A stretch of 64,000 bases of DNA. It comes from Tubiluchus corallicola. Its lineage: Eukaryota > Animalia > Priapulida. Shown piece by piece: positions 13,501 to 46,463 of the stretch. The notes under the pieces were generated by a model. The model was not told the DNA's origin. It saw only the letters and a list, made by a program, of their open reading frames with translations, and made no database searches. Location of the stretch: positions 430,493 through 494,492 of the forward strand of contig JAQGDQ010000150.1 of assembly GCA_030141605.1 (NCBI GenBank), read 5' to 3'. Both the position numbers and the translations under genes were made by a program. Position 1 is the first letter of the stretch, and every line of letters starts with the position of its first letter.

Positions 13501-16500
13501 TAAACATTAATAAACTGTGGAAACAATATGACAGGCTAATTTTTTTTTCATTTTAATGGAACTTAAATTATTATATTTTAAGTGCGTTGAAGTGAATAAG
13601 CAATCTTTAAGAGGCAAAAAGCACAATATGGAAGATTACTTCTGGCATTAACATGATGTCTTTAAATTCTATTTATTATTAATAATTAAGCTTTTTAGTC
13701 AAGCTTATGCAATAATCAAAGTTTTATCCTCAGATTAATTATCTGGAATTAATTATGTTTTAGGTTGACGTACAGACACTAGATAGTTATCCAACTTGTC
13801 TGTCAGCCTTTAGAGAGAAATTAGCCATTCTTCATTACCTTCTGCTGTGGGACATGCCAGCTAAAGAGCTTGATGATCAAGTTCCTGGTTTATACAACAG
13901 TCTTACTTTGTACCTAAGTTTGAGTCATGGGGAGTGGGAGTCATATCATCCCACAAGTTATACCTCACATGTCAGTTATCCTCTACGGCTGAATCTCGAT
14001 TGTGATTCACGACAAGTCTTAGCTGTGCCATATCTTGACAGTAGCAGTTCAAAAGGTAGTGTCCATAATTTAATTACAAACAGTGTATATCTACTGGAAA
14101 AATCTTTGATGTAAATGGATTTTTTTTTTAAAATGAAAGTCACATAACTAAGCAAAAAAACATACTTTAGTTTCAAAAGTTTCATTGTGATGTTTGTATA
14201 TGAAATGTATTAGTTCCGAATTTTTATTTTCTAACAAGTAAATTCCCGAGTGTTAGTGAGGGTGATTTTTACAAATTTACAATTAACTTTGAAGGTGATC
14301 CATGAAAATATGCAAGGATAATCGAACTAAGTTTACAAGATTGCTTTTCATAAATTCCTTAATAATTACACTGATAATGATTTCTTTTATATGTCACTGA
14401 AGTTTATTTTTGTAAATTGCCCTGAGGTGGTCCTCATAAATACAAACTTTATAGGTGATCCTGATTACTTTACTGATCTTTGTCAGTTCCACCTTTTCTT
14501 CATGACACATGTATAACAAGGACAACAAACACTGTTGTTTTTGCTATATTTTTATATGTATTTGAAAATTTTTTAGGTTTGAAGACAAGATGTTATTCTG
14601 TATCGGTGCAGTTATTTGAGGGTGTTGTGTACGTGATGATTGACAATGAGGATTTTCCGGATTTATTGCTATACAATAACTGCTCATTTCTTCTTAATTA
14701 TGGACAATGTATGACTCCACCAGTAAAAGGTTGGAACAAGTCTTTCTATTCGAAATAATGCTTTTAAAAACTCCAATGATATGTAGATATATGGAATTTG
14801 AATGTTTTTATATCTTTATTTACATTTCAACCTCACTTCTGTTTTTCTAGGTCTTACAGTTCAAGAAGAGTCTGAGTTGATAGCTCAGTTGCCAATAATC
14901 ATTCCAAAAAGTTCTGCTCACTACAGCTTTTCGCTACTGTCAAAAAAGTTTCCTGAAATCAGTCCTGTACAAAAGCCACAACTCCATTTAGGACAGCAAA
15001 AGGATGATATGCTGTACTGGAGTTCTGGTAAGACAACTAGGCAAACCTACCACATATATAATTAAACTTAATTATAATATAACACAATGTAAAAGTAGTA
15101 ACTATATCTATTAGCGTATTTATGTTTGGCCTCATTCACAAAATCTTGTTTTTGTTGCACCAGCTTTGTACTAGACATGTTATCCATTTTGCTGACAGTG
15201 ATATCTGTCATAACAGCATGGCTGCCTGAGTGAAATGTCATAATCGAATTAGATTTGTTTTTAACAACAGTAAGGAACAGCTTTTCTGGTTAACTGATAG
15301 TCATATATAATCTTGCATGACTTGCACAAACATACATAATTTACATGATTTTGAACAACTTATTGTTCAACCTGTTCCTACCTGCTCATAGAACGTAGCT
15401 CATACGTTCAGCTGCATAAATTGTGTAAACTTGGATAAGCTTACATAAGTTTGAGATGGCATTTTTTGATTGAGCAAAAGGGAATAGATAAGTCATCATG
15501 AATGATGTCTGTGCTTGCAATTGCTTCTTGGTGGTTTTGTCTATTATACTGGCTATTTCTTTCACTGAGAGACAAGAATGTGAGTTCTAGCATCTAGACA
15601 TTACCAAACACTTCTGCCAGTTCTGTGCCTCATCTCAGAGGCGCAGGCTTTACCAGTGATCGTTTGATTAAGCCGGGAAAATACTCGTACAAACATGAGA
15701 CTACAAAAGTACTATTTCTTAATAGGAAAACTTTGTTGGAAAACTATTTTTGCTATTAAAGTTAGTCCTACATTCCACATGCATATTCCCATAATCATTA
15801 TTCAGAATTTTTTATTGTGAAAATGTGGCATTAAAGTAAATGTATGTCATTTTTAGCGACAACAAAATTATTTCTTTTGGCAGGTATATCTATTGAGGAA
15901 GAGCATGATCAGCTAGTGACTATTCCAAACTGCTGTGATGTCAAAATTCATTTAGAAAAATTTGGTCACACCATGCATATATTTATAGACTCCGTAACCA
16001 GAGCAGAAGTTTCTGCGAAGGAAATACGCAGTCGTTTCACAACAACTGTAGTGCGTGAGGAAACTGATAAACAACCAATCTCATTTCATTCGTATAAGGA
16101 GGAAATTGAAAACGAACAAGATAAGTCATTGCAATTCCCAAAGGCAGATCTGCCACAAAGCAAACACATTCTTAAAATGATTGATTTGTCAATCTTCCTT
16201 CAGCAGTGTTGCTTTATACTTCTTGATAACGTAACATTTTCGTCATACAACAGAGAAATTGCAAGAGTAAGCATGACTCATTTGCTTTTAGCATATTCAC
16301 CTAACAAAGTGAAAAGCATATCGCCTAATAAAAAACTTAATATGACAGAATGTAATCTGCTGATTTGTGTTGAAAATTTGCAAATCGATAATCAGATGAT
16401 TGGTCAGGGCAATTTTGATTTTCCGGTGATTTTGATGAGACAAAATGATGGCACAGGGCAGAGTTACTGTAAGGAGAGTGAACTTCTTGTACCAGCACAA

Positions 16501-19500
16501 AGATTTGCACTGCTGAGGAAGAAATCTTTAGTAGTTTTTCATTCTGTTTTGCAAGTTGAAGAAAAATTATGCTTAATGTCACTAGTATTGGAATTAAAGC
16601 CGATGTCTGTTTTTCTTGAAGACACATTTATATTTGATGTGCTCCATATGGTGGATAGTTTTATACCAACTAGGACTTACAATCCAAATCAAAACTTCAA
16701 CTGCCGATCATTACCGAGTATTGTACAATATACATCAACATGTCTACGCCAGCCAATCAGATTGCAAATGTTGTCGTTGAGCTCTCTCAGTCTTTTAGTC
16801 AGTATTCATGCTTCACTGAAATTGTTCCTGGCTTCACATAGTACACCATTAACCTTTGCTGCATTTGAAAGAAGGGATTTTTGCACCACACCCAAGCAGC
16901 TCATCAATGCCATCTTGTCGCATTATGTTACATCGACAGTTCTCCGAGCAGGTATAATTAAACATTACTTATGCTGTTAGCTTAAACTTTGTTTGAAGTT
17001 TGGTATATGGAGCTGTCACTGTATTTCAACAATGGATAGTTAAATTGACTGAACATGCTCTTAGTTCTACACAAATACAAATTGTTAGAGGTTTTAAACA
17101 GCAGCGGGTTACACTTACAAATTGTAACCCGCTGCTGTTTAAAATGAAATTGTATAGTTTGATTAGACCAAGGAATTAATTTCCAATTGTTCAAGTTGCC
17201 TTGTTAAATTTGAGACTAACACTGTGTGTATACACATGTATGTATTTACATGTATTTTAGGGCTTGTGGTAGGCTCCCTCGATCTGTTAGGGAATCCTAC
17301 ATGCCTGCTGAGAGAAGTAGGTTGTGGAATGGCTGATTTTGTGAGACTGCCCTATGAAGCAATAAGTGGAGGGCCTGGTTCATTTATTAGAGGAGTTTCG
17401 CAAGGGGCATCTTCTTTACTTCGACATATATCTGCTGGTAAATAATGTATAATACATTCTGCTCCGATTTTGTAGTGTGGTGTAAAAAAGTCGTTGATTG
17501 AGGTCAGTGATTTTGTAGTCATAGTTATAAATACATTTGCACTGAGCTTTGTCAAAATGCAACGATACATCCATTATAATTGTTACCTTAATGCTAACAT
17601 GTTGAAAAGAGAAAGCTATTTTTAATCATTAATGTTAGTTTTTGTTGTATAAAATTTATACATGCAAAACAATGTTGTGTCGACAATTATGTCTACCCAA
17701 GATTACCAAGTTTGCAATTTCTTTTCTAGGTACTTTAACATCTATGACAAATTTTGCATCAAGTTTTTCAAGAAACATGGATCGATTGTCTCTGGATGAA
17801 GATCACTTTATCCGCCAGGAAGCAAATAGGAGACATAAACCCGATCATTTTTCAGCCGGTCTAAAACAAGGTCTTACTGGATTTTGTATCAGTTTGTTAG
17901 GTATGCAGAACATTTAGCTTTCTTAAAAGCCCGTTGTACTATTATTACATTTTTGTATAACTCTTATTAATTAAACATAGAGTATACTGCTCATGACATG
18001 TACATTCTGGCACGTAACTGCCAGTTATAAAATTTTAACCATGAAAGGGATGTAAGAAAATGGCTCAATTTAGTACATTTTACACTAAATTGACTTCTAA
18101 AATGGACAAAGGAAAAGAAAGGTGACTTATTAATGAAGCAAATTTCAGGTGCTGTGGCAGGTATGGTTGACCAGCCATTACAAACAATTTCTCATTCATC
18201 AGCACAGCTCTCTGCATCAACAGCTATGACTGGAATTGTTTCTGGTATGGGAAAGGGTTTAGTAGGTGTGGTAACCAAGCCACTTGGTGGTGCAGCTGAA
18301 TTGTTCTCTCAAGCTGGTCAAGGTTTAGTATTAATAGTTTTTTTTCTTGATAACTTGTTGATGGAATTAAACAAATAGCTGAACTAATGTGAGGTTCGCA
18401 TTTTTATGTGAACAGATGTTGTGGCATACTAGTTTCTAGAATTATTTTAAGTGAAAACACATGGGTTCATTTGAATAGAATATCAAAAACTTTTCAACTT
18501 CTTCATCATTGAAGTGTGTTTTATCATCATTGTTCTCTTCACGTTCAGTGTAAGACAGTTCCAACAGTCTTTTCCTTTCCTTTTTTGCGTGCAGTTCTCA
18601 ACACTGCAAGTTGGTATTTAGCACTTAATGTAGATTTTATCAATATACCAATGGCATGACCAGAATCTAACCAAGTGTTTTAAGCTGTGTCATGATGTAT
18701 GCACATCGACTTGAAAAATAGCTGTTTCAATATGGCAGGCCCAGAATCACATTTAGTTCTGATCATCCTTTCAGTTTAGTACCCAAATCTGAAATGTACT
18801 CTATTGTCTAAACATTAGATTTTTATATGGTTTGCCACAGTTCAAATCAGAACCTACTCAATGGCAGGTTTTACTTATTACCTAGCTCATTGTTAAGGTT
18901 AATCCTCTAAGATTAAACACTTAACTATATAGGACCTCTTTTGGCCCTCCTCCTCCAACAACAACAAACAAAAACAAACAAAATAAAACCTTTTATTTAT
19001 ATTGTAGGATTGTTGCGTGACATTGGTTGGGAAAAGTTACCTTACCCATGCTATAATAGTGTTATCTATCCTGTCAGTGAGTTTCCAAATGCCACTGTCA
19101 AATATCCTTGGAAAATGTTCCAGACTTTAAACAATGCGGAAGTTGTCTGCATTGTGGAAGCCAGTCAAATCGTGGCATCTGGACTGAGTCCGACGGTTTA
19201 CCTTTTGTTGACGCCAGAGGTATTTGTCATATTATGTTGTTATAAAACTGTTGATATTGTATACCAGTTGGCAAATTTTATACTGATTTAAAAATCATTC
19301 ACAATTAAGAAACTTAAGAAGGCTAAGAGATTAAAGTGTAGATTTTCTGTGTAGACTTACGGTGCAACATGCAATTAGCTCCTGCGTAACAGCGCATGCA
19401 GTGAGACTAGTATCTCGATTTTGTCAAGAATATAGCTTTTTAAAAGGTCTTGGTCTTGATAGTCAGTCTCTGTGAGAGTCGACAGTGACGACTATGATAA

Positions 19501-22500
19501 CACTGATAAACAATTTGTGGGTGGTATAGGTATATTTAGAATTTGCAGGAGATCCATGGTTTCCCGCAATCGGTGTTTTCCCTGACAAATACACCCAAAT
19601 TTTGCAGAAAACTGCACAAACAGCCTCTAGAAAAACTCGCTTTGTGTAACTGTACCAGCATGTTGAGAAAAATAAGCATACGCACGGGAACAGGGCGAAA
19701 TGGTCTACAAGATGTGAAGGTATCATTGGCAAGAGAGGTCTACTGGACGAAATGGAAAAGGTGTATTTCCAATTTGCGCACTATTTGAAACATCCATTGT
19801 CTTTGAGTTTGAGACATTTCACTGCAGTTCCAGGCATTGCCTTCACCCGCTGTTCTACTCTTCTAGGTGTAAGTTATATTTCTTCGCCCATTATCATCCG
19901 CGAAGCAATCAGCAAAACTGAAATGGAAAGGATGTATTTCAAAGTTCTTTTTCAACCCACCAGTGCTGTGCACTGTTTGAAATATCCATTGTCTTTGAGT
20001 TTGAGACGTTTCGTGGCAGTTCCAGGTATTACCTTCACCCGCCGTTCTACTCTTCTACAATTTAGTCACATCTCTTAGCTCGTTATCGTCTGCGAAGTAA
20101 TCAGAAAAACTATGTAGAATGTTCGTGCATTATTGAACATCAGTGAATGGGTCTAATAGCATTTGTCGCAGCATATGGTTTAAAATTTGTGTAGTGTAAT
20201 GTGGGTGGTGTGGTGCAGGTGTTGTGGTATAGTGTGGTGCGGGTAGGGCATTGGAGTACAATGGTGTGGTGTGGTGCAGAGCAGTGTGGTGTAGCGTGGT
20301 GTGGGTGGAGTTGGTGTAGTGTGGTGGGTGTGGTGTGTTGCAGGTGGAGTGGTGTGGTGTGGGTTGTGTGGTATGTGGTGTGTTGGATGTGGTATGGTTT
20401 GTTCCCGTGGGTTTAAGGTTTTTGCGGGGCCTTTGCTAGTTCACTGTTAATATTCTTACAAGAGTTTTTTTATTTATTTTATGTGCTGTGTATTTTGTAT
20501 ACAAAATAAACAATAATAATAATTAAGAATGTTAGATCACGTGATAGAGGGCTCCAAAAATTAACAATCTTGTGTTTGCTACTGCTGTCTATGCAGCGTG
20601 ATGATTTCGCATGTATGCAAATGGGAAAGTCACAAGCAGCACAGGCACACTGATGTAATTTTATGAAAACCAAAGACAACTTTTACACGCCGTAGGTTAT
20701 AAACTGTTGTTGTGAAGAGTTGGCATCTTGATAACTTGTATATTCCTAACATTGTCAGGGTATAGTTTCCTAATTTTCAAGCTTTTTTACTCCCCTAGTC
20801 CCATATTTAAATAATATAATATAAACTAATAAAATAATAAAATAATATAAATCTAATAAAGTGATGTTTCAAAGTACAACGTGTATTAATGTTTTAATGT
20901 GTGTCCATCCCTGGAGGCAGTATCATCCTGTACACTCCTATCTAGGATTTGTGTTTTTTAAATTTTGTTGTTTACTGCAACAATTTTTTTAAATATTTAC
21001 TTTGGTTTAGAATGAAAGCTTGAAGTAGTTTATATTTAGTTTTGTACATTTAGGTCAGTATCCAAATTAGTTAGATTTAGTGTTATTATAGAGTATTTCT
21101 TGAACAAATTAAAGCCAACAGATCAGTTTCGGCAAATCAGTCTGAGTGTTTATCAGCTGTGTATCAGTCTCGATCTTGGTGGTCCCACCCAGCGATTTGT
21201 CTGTCTCTTGGTCTGAACTCGATCGCGTAATTTTAAATTGACCGAGAAATTACGAACACTGATATGTAATTTTTGCCTACCTAAAAACTTAACTCAATAA
21301 TAATGCTACTAACCAAACCCCGCAAAAGAATTTTGCACATAAACTCACAATAACAACCCACACCACACCACACCAACCTGCCACACCACTCAATACACCA
21401 CACGCCACCACACCATACCTCCTACATTATACTGCAACATAACACCGCACCACACATCACCTATACCACTCCACCAACCTCACACACACCCCACCACACC
21501 ATCATCAGCACACCACACCACACCATCCATAGCACAACACCCACAGCACACTACCACCCACAACACAACACACGGTAATCATGATGTTGATGGCAATGAT
21601 GATGATGATGCCAACGGTGATGACACCTACAGCATCAGCACCGACAATACAGTATCACAGCGAAACCATTCAGAACATTTTGCACAAAGTCGAAACTGTG
21701 TGCTATAATAAATGCTCTATGTCTGCCTACCAATGACCAATAATGCACAAACATTCTACGTAGTTTTGTTTGCTGCTTCTCAGATGATAATAGGCTAACA
21801 CAACTTACTTACATGTAAAATCTATAACACTGTAGAACGGTGGGTGACAACAATACCTGGAACAGCCACACAATTTCTCAAAGACAGTGGATGTTCTAGA
21901 TAGGGTGTAGCTTTTGGGGGTTGAAAAAGAACTTTGAAATACACCCTTCCCGTTTCGTCTAGTGGACCTCTCTCAACAAAACCTTCAACATTTTGTAGAC
22001 CGTTTCGTCCTCTTTCTGCGAATGTGCTTTTTTTTCCCAACATGCCCAAACAGTTGCACAAATTGAATTTTTTTCTGGAGGCTGTTTGAGCAGTTTTCTG
22101 CAAAATTTGTGTGGTTGGGAAAATACCCGTAGCGGGCATTCGTGGCTCTCCCGCTATATCTAAATATGACTATTACACTATTGAACAGGCTATCTAACCA
22201 TTACTGGCACCGCCCCGGCACGTTCCCATTCTCTAGAAATAACAGATATAAGTTTTGCAAAAAATGGCCATTTTTGGAGATTTTTTGCCCCCCATTCGTC
22301 CCGTTGGACCCAATTCGAAAAGTAAACACCCAGGTGCGAACCTATGGGTGGAGACCTTTCATTTGAGGTACGGATTGGCTAAAATGGTGCCGTCGCCTCA
22401 TCGGTTTTAGATATATACCACTGAAATTAATATATACGATAAGTAAAAGTAACTACATGTATAACTGCTTAATTATTACTTAGAAGGTATGTGTCAGGCA

Positions 22501-23966
22501 GTCCATTTATTCATTTTGAATCCATTTTGGAAACTACATATGAGAATTGTCACTTTTTTTCTGTAGGCTCTCTTTATTATAAGCCAAGCAGAAGACAATC
22601 AGCAACAAGCTTTTGCCATTTCTGGAATCCACTGTGAAGGTGCTAAAACTGATGACAACTTCCTGCATGTGTTTCCTGTTAATGAGCGGGGTAAATTGAA
22701 TTCTGAGGTATGCACTTATTGGATTGTTTTACTCTATCCCAACATTTTGAAGAATCAGGATATGATTATTGCTTTACATATAATAAAAGAAATTGGTTTT
22801 CCCAACCAGTAGTCCATGTAGATTAAATTTAATGATTGTGATTGTATTTTGTTCATTAAGTGTTTGTGAAAATTACTTGTATCTGAAAGAGAATCATGAA
22901 GTATTAGCTGTTTTTTAAGATCTCCCAACCTTCCAAATCTGTGGACCTTATGCTGTCATGCAGCATCCATTGTTCATCCGCAACTCGAGTTTAAGTCAGT
23001 TATACCTAAACCACTTGGGGTAGCCTTGAGATTTTTGGTATGGGGTAACTTTGGGACAAGTTGGTAGTCAAGTACAAAGATCACTCTAAGGGCATATCCA
23101 AATCTGGGATAAACAGGTAATAGCTGTACCACAATGTTGGACATAGTGGGTGGCTCTGAATCAGCTCAATATGAGAAATTATCGGTGTAGTAGAAGAAGC
23201 TGTTAGCTCAGTGTGAGAAATTAAATGACTTGTAACTATTGACAAGTCCAACATTGACAAAAGTATTTGACCCCTACCCAGGTGAGAGTTAGATAAATCC
23301 TTGATTTGAACATTTGCAATTATTGTGTTATTGCAATTAAGGCAACTATAAACAGGATCTCTAAGGGTAAAGAATGGTGCTGGTTCAGGAATAAACCATC
23401 GACCTCACCTTACGCCCAGAACAAATAAGTTGAGTACATTTGTATATGAGGTGCCTTGCACATTTGCTTAGAAGAGCATTACAAATTATGTGTCTGAACA
23501 GTATATGATTGTTCTTTTTTATGTTTTATCAAACAGAATAACCTTGTATCAAATGTCACGATCTTAAAGGTGTCAAACATGAAAGTGAGGGGACCTACAG
23601 CATCATCAATGTTTTGGTTTTAATTTACAACCTAATGTGTGACCCAAAAATTTTCTTTGGCAAAAGTGTGAGCATTATAAGCATTTTACCTTTACGCTTA
23701 TTTAGGCAGAAGAACAAGCTAAAGATCGGGTTGCAGAATTTGTGGATAAAGTATCAGTTTTTACACTAGCCTATAACAATCAGTCAGAGACTTCCTCCAC
23801 GTGTAGCATGACATCACAAATAAATCAACCCAAGCAGGGTTTGTATAGATTTCATCAATCATCCAACACATATACCTTCAGCATGGACACAAGACTTCGT
23901 GAGTTGTTTCTTTCATTATTTGTGTATGCACAACAACTTGAAAGTGGCAACAGCTTGTTTAGCTGA
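376..23966 (+). CDS. VPS13B: Vacuolar protein sorting 13B (COH1) bridge-like lipid transfer protein, 3' portion; the 5' part lies upstream of the window
   Basis: 27 phase-consistent GT-AG exons: 376-638, 825-945, 2417-2577, 2947-3125, 4338-4498, 5122-5249, 5570-5770, 6126-6209, 6298-6375, 7633-7785, 8026-8181, 8505-8693, 10379-10554, 11650-11811, 11945-12203, 12622-12795, 13292-13429, 13764-14055, 14577-14729, 14851-15027, 15884-16951, 17261-17437, 17730-17900, 18149-18322, 19008-19219, 22567-22707, 23706-23966 (TGA). Peptides recognised as VPS13B-like: DDLRAGSFRYV, WCYPEPR..TIHPVPF, YIVCNDTQETILFGQ, YSWRSHK, QIDNQ..NFDFPVIL, SIHASLKLFLAS, GSLDLLGNP, SRNMDRLSLDEDH, GKGLVGVVTKPLGGAAELFSQAGQG, EDNQQQAF. 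A few internal boundaries could be off by a few nt. Confidence 0.93.
1255..1700 (+). mobile_element. Decayed 3' end of a CR1/L2-group LINE in a VPS13B intron
   Basis: Broken translation KIEQIQEQGLFFVYNDYTSPYE ... FGKESLRYRASQIWNDL ... C-x-x-C-x-C-x-x-C resembles the ORF2 C-terminus of CR1/L2 elements. It has stops and frameshifts and is followed by an AT-rich tail. Confidence 0.6.
2130..2413. repeat. Compound pentanucleotide microsatellite (TCTTA)n/(TCCTA)n/(TCCCA)n
   Basis: Directly visible. It runs up to the acceptor of VPS13B exon 2417. Confidence 0.95.
3506..4279. mobile_element. Tc1/mariner (pogo/Tigger-like) MITE
   Basis: TA|CAGT...ACTG|TA ends. The left end tacagttggcgccgtttattagactcac matches the reverse complement of the right end, tacagtagcattgcttaatagactcac, imperfectly. 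No coding capacity. Confidence 0.7.
7266..7530. repeat. (TAC)n/(TGC)n trinucleotide microsatellite
   Basis: Directly visible. It explains the poly-S, poly-V and poly-L pseudo-ORFs. Confidence 0.97.
15884..16951 (+). CDS. VPS13B: Largest VPS13B exon (1068 nt), C-terminal region
   Basis: Corresponds to ORF 15844..16980. Acceptor ggcag|GT and donor GCAG|gtataa, phase 1/1. Contains QIDNQ...FDFPV and IHASLKLFLAS. Confidence 0.92.
19530..20439 (+). mobile_element. Non-autonomous Helitron-like element, copy 1 (5'-truncated, internal ~170-bp duplication, GTGTG-rich tract)
   Basis: Ends in gcggggcctttgCTAG|T. It is homologous in inverted orientation to 21309-22439, e.g. caaattttgcagaaaactgc(a/t)caaacagcctc. 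Confidence 0.6.
21309..22439 (-). mobile_element. Non-autonomous Helitron-like element, copy 2
   Basis: On the minus strand it starts A|TCGTATATATT and ends gcggggtttggTTAG|T. It has the same body and (CACAC)n tract as copy 1. Confidence 0.6.
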
Positions 23967-26900
23967 TAATATGGTTAGTTGATTGGTGAGCAATATACAT
24001 GGTTTTATTGACATTTACAAGGTTTGAGTAAATTATTTTTATCATTTCACTAAATTTGCTTCTGACAAATAGTAAATTCTTGATGGGCTTATGATTTATA
24101 ACAGCTTTGCATTGCTTGTGTGTGTGATCTGTTGACTCGACGATATACACTGTCGTTTTGTGAACTTGTATGCATATTTTGTAATATGAATTATGGCTTT
24201 TATGGTGTTATTATGTAAATAAGCACTGTGCATTATTAACTAGGTGGCTCCTTTGTTTTATATTTAATGGTTTTCAGGTGATTACGTTTTCCTCATGGTG
24301 CTTTTGACATTGTTCACGTGCAATGTAACATATACAGCACAAACTTGCAGCATATATCACATCTATTCTCTATTGTTCTAGGAGCATCCTTATGTTCCAA
24401 GAATCGTATTATTACAAGGATAACTAATAATGATAATGCACTAAGATTTTAAGATAAAGTGGGTCTTCTCTCCCTTATGCAGTCTTTGTGATAAGTTTAT
24501 GCAATGGCGAACAGCTTGTTAATGGCTTTTAAAGCAACTTTTGTAATTACCGTAGGTAGTACTCCAGAAACATTATAAAAGCCATTAGTGTACATCTATT
24601 TTTGCTGAGCATGTGCAGGTTACAAGTTCCATTATATTTGAAAAATACAAATTTTATACGGAGAGTCTGTGATAACTATAATTATTATCTGTCATTGCTC
24701 AATGCAGATTTAATATGTGGCATGTATTGGGATGTGTGATATTTATTGTACTTCTGGTTATTTAACGCTCTAATAAACCGAATATTAGACATTTGCTGTT
24801 AAATTCTTGCTTTGCAGCCCTTAAAGCATTATTCTTAAATTTCTTTTAACTTGCTGTTTTAAATTAATTTTCAAGGAACAATGCACACTTGTGTGATTTT
24901 GCTATAGGCAATGTGCAAAATTTAGAATTCTTTGTAAAATACCATGGGTCTTTTTATAATATCTGTCACTTATGAGAAAAATATGAGGCAACTTTTTTTG
25001 CTGTTACACTACATTTTTCTTAGACATTTTGTATAACAGGTAGGATCTATATAGAATGCCTAAAATGACTTTGGCAAAGTGTAAAATGAACATAAGTCCT
25101 GTGTAAATTTACTTTTTGTAGATATTTTATACAATACTCAGGCTTTGTACAGAATGCGTGAAATGGCAGTGTTTTAAAACAAGTAAGCCCCTGAGTTAAT
25201 TGTTTTAATGGCACTTAAAATCTGTTAGTGAAAAAAATAGCTGTATGGAGTGTAGTAAATAATACGGTTTTCAAAATGCTATAGCATATTGGATTGTACA
25301 ACTGACATGTGTGTATCATGAAGTTTGTCAAGCAGTTCAATTTTTGACATGCGAAGCTGCACAACAACATTTACTTCTTATACAGCATCTGGTGCTGTAA
25401 GCATGCTTTTCTGCAGGTCAACCATTCAACCACATCATAGTTCTGCAATAGTCAACAATCAATAATCGGCTGCTTTTTGTCCTTGACCATTGAGTCATTT
25501 ACATCACTTTTTCTGAATCAGTATGATATGTACACCTAGAAAATTCTCCCCCCTCATGAATTGGCCTTGTTTATGCCAGGCTTCACACTGCCTGTAACAT
25601 GATTATTTTAGTCATGGCACGACAAGTGAGTTTGCAGGAAAATTGTCTTATTTTAGTCATTTAAACATTTAAAGAAAACGTTTTCATATTAAAATTTTGA
25701 CATTGAAACATTTTGACCCATTTTGGTGCATGCAGAAATCAAAACACTCCCTAGTTGCACTTTTGTCGATTGTACCGCTAATTTACATTACTGCTATTTT
25801 ACAAATGGGAGGAAGAAGTTAGATATATTTCAGGTAAGAGGACTAAGCAGTCGAAGCAATTAAACAGCTACACTCCCTGAAAACTTTGTACGGGATGGTA
25901 CACAGCTAGCTACCGGGTACAGAATCAATGAGTAAAAGTACCGAACAATTTTTTACGTCAAAGGATTGCTGAAATAATAGGGCATTTATCATGTTGTGAA
26001 AGCCTTGTGAATTTTACACAGTCTTCAGTCTTGAGGAGTATAATTGGAGCAGTCATCTGAAAATGCTGGGATTAATTTCTTTGATCGAGTTGAGTGACTT
26101 GGAAATTCACGAGACCTCAATTCTTCGAGTCACTACTCTAATCATATCTCTCAAAATTGCAGGCTGTGTGAGATATATGAGGCTTTCACGGCAAATTTTG
26201 AAGGCGTGATAAATTCACTATTGTTTGAACATTTTTTTTATATAATAACTTGTTATTCGTTAATTTTGTATTTCCTAGCAAAAGGTCATATACCACCATG
26301 TACATATGACAATATTCTAGCATAATGTAATATTTCATAGTGCATTTGGCTGAAAGAGCATTTAACTGAAAACCCCATTGCATACGTTGCAATTTCAAAT
26401 AAAATATAGTGCAAGGTTGCCAAATTACTATTATAAATTTGTACAAAATTCATTTTTACACATGATTGGATTTAATTTGAGAGGCTGGAACAGAAAAGTA
26501 CAAAGCTTGATAGGATATGCCGGTATTTGACCAGGTGGAACGAGACAAAATGTGATAAAATTATATAGATTAAGGACCGACATGGCTTCTTGGAAGGGTT
26601 ATCTACTCTACCTGTCACAATACTGAAAACAGCAACAAAATAATTAAAGGCATATTTATGTGTTACCAGGTAAAATGAAAACTATTAGTAGCTTATTACG
26701 CTTGGTATCTTGAAAATGCTCATGAAGGTTCTGAAGTATACATATTCATATTTTCGCCTTTCTACTGTAGTCCCATACCTTGAGTGGCCATTAGCTTTAT
26801 TTGATGCAATTTGATTTAAAAAATGAAAAATCGCCAGGCTGCATGGCTTATTATAACGGTCATGGCAATTTGCCAGATCAAACTGAAGATAGTTGATGCC

Positions 26901-27619
26901 ACAATAAATATCATTAAGTAAACATCAAAAGACGTGCGACAAATGAATCATTTAATGTATATTCCGAAAGTATATAAAAAGTAACTCAAAGTTTCCTACA
27001 CAGTGTATACATACTGTAAATAGATGTCATATAGCAGAGCAAAGCTATAATTCAAGTGTATTGATGTAGAAATGATAAAAAAACACGTGTGTAATGGTTA
27101 TCCAACTATACTGGGCTAGAAATGCCTATTTTGTTCATTTTTTTCTGAGTGCGTCAGTGCCCTTATTCATCTTTGCATTTTTTTGGCTGCAGTACTAGCA
27201 ATGCTTACTACCAACTACAGTACAGTGAATAGTTTGTAGGCCTATTAATGATTAATAATGCAAGGCAGTAAGGCCTGTTTATCATGCCCTACTGTGAGAG
27301 AAAATAGTTTTGTGTGGATTCATGGTAAAACAAGTACTAGCTGTTGTGATTACGATACGTAAATTGTTTTAACCATCATCTTACTTAAGGTTCAGATTGT
27401 TCGGCTGTAAACCACGTCAAGCATGCATTTGATCCATATACCTTATAAATGTACTTTTTAACTGATGAATGTGGCAGTGTATAGCTAGCTATGTGCAAAT
27501 TAACACATCACTATATCAGCTCACGAATCACATACGATAGTTACTGCCAGTATTACTTACAGTTTGACGTGATGTGAAATTTGCACCCGGTCTGTTTCCC
27601 AAAATACCTTAATATGGAG

Positions 27620-46463
<18,844 letters not shown>

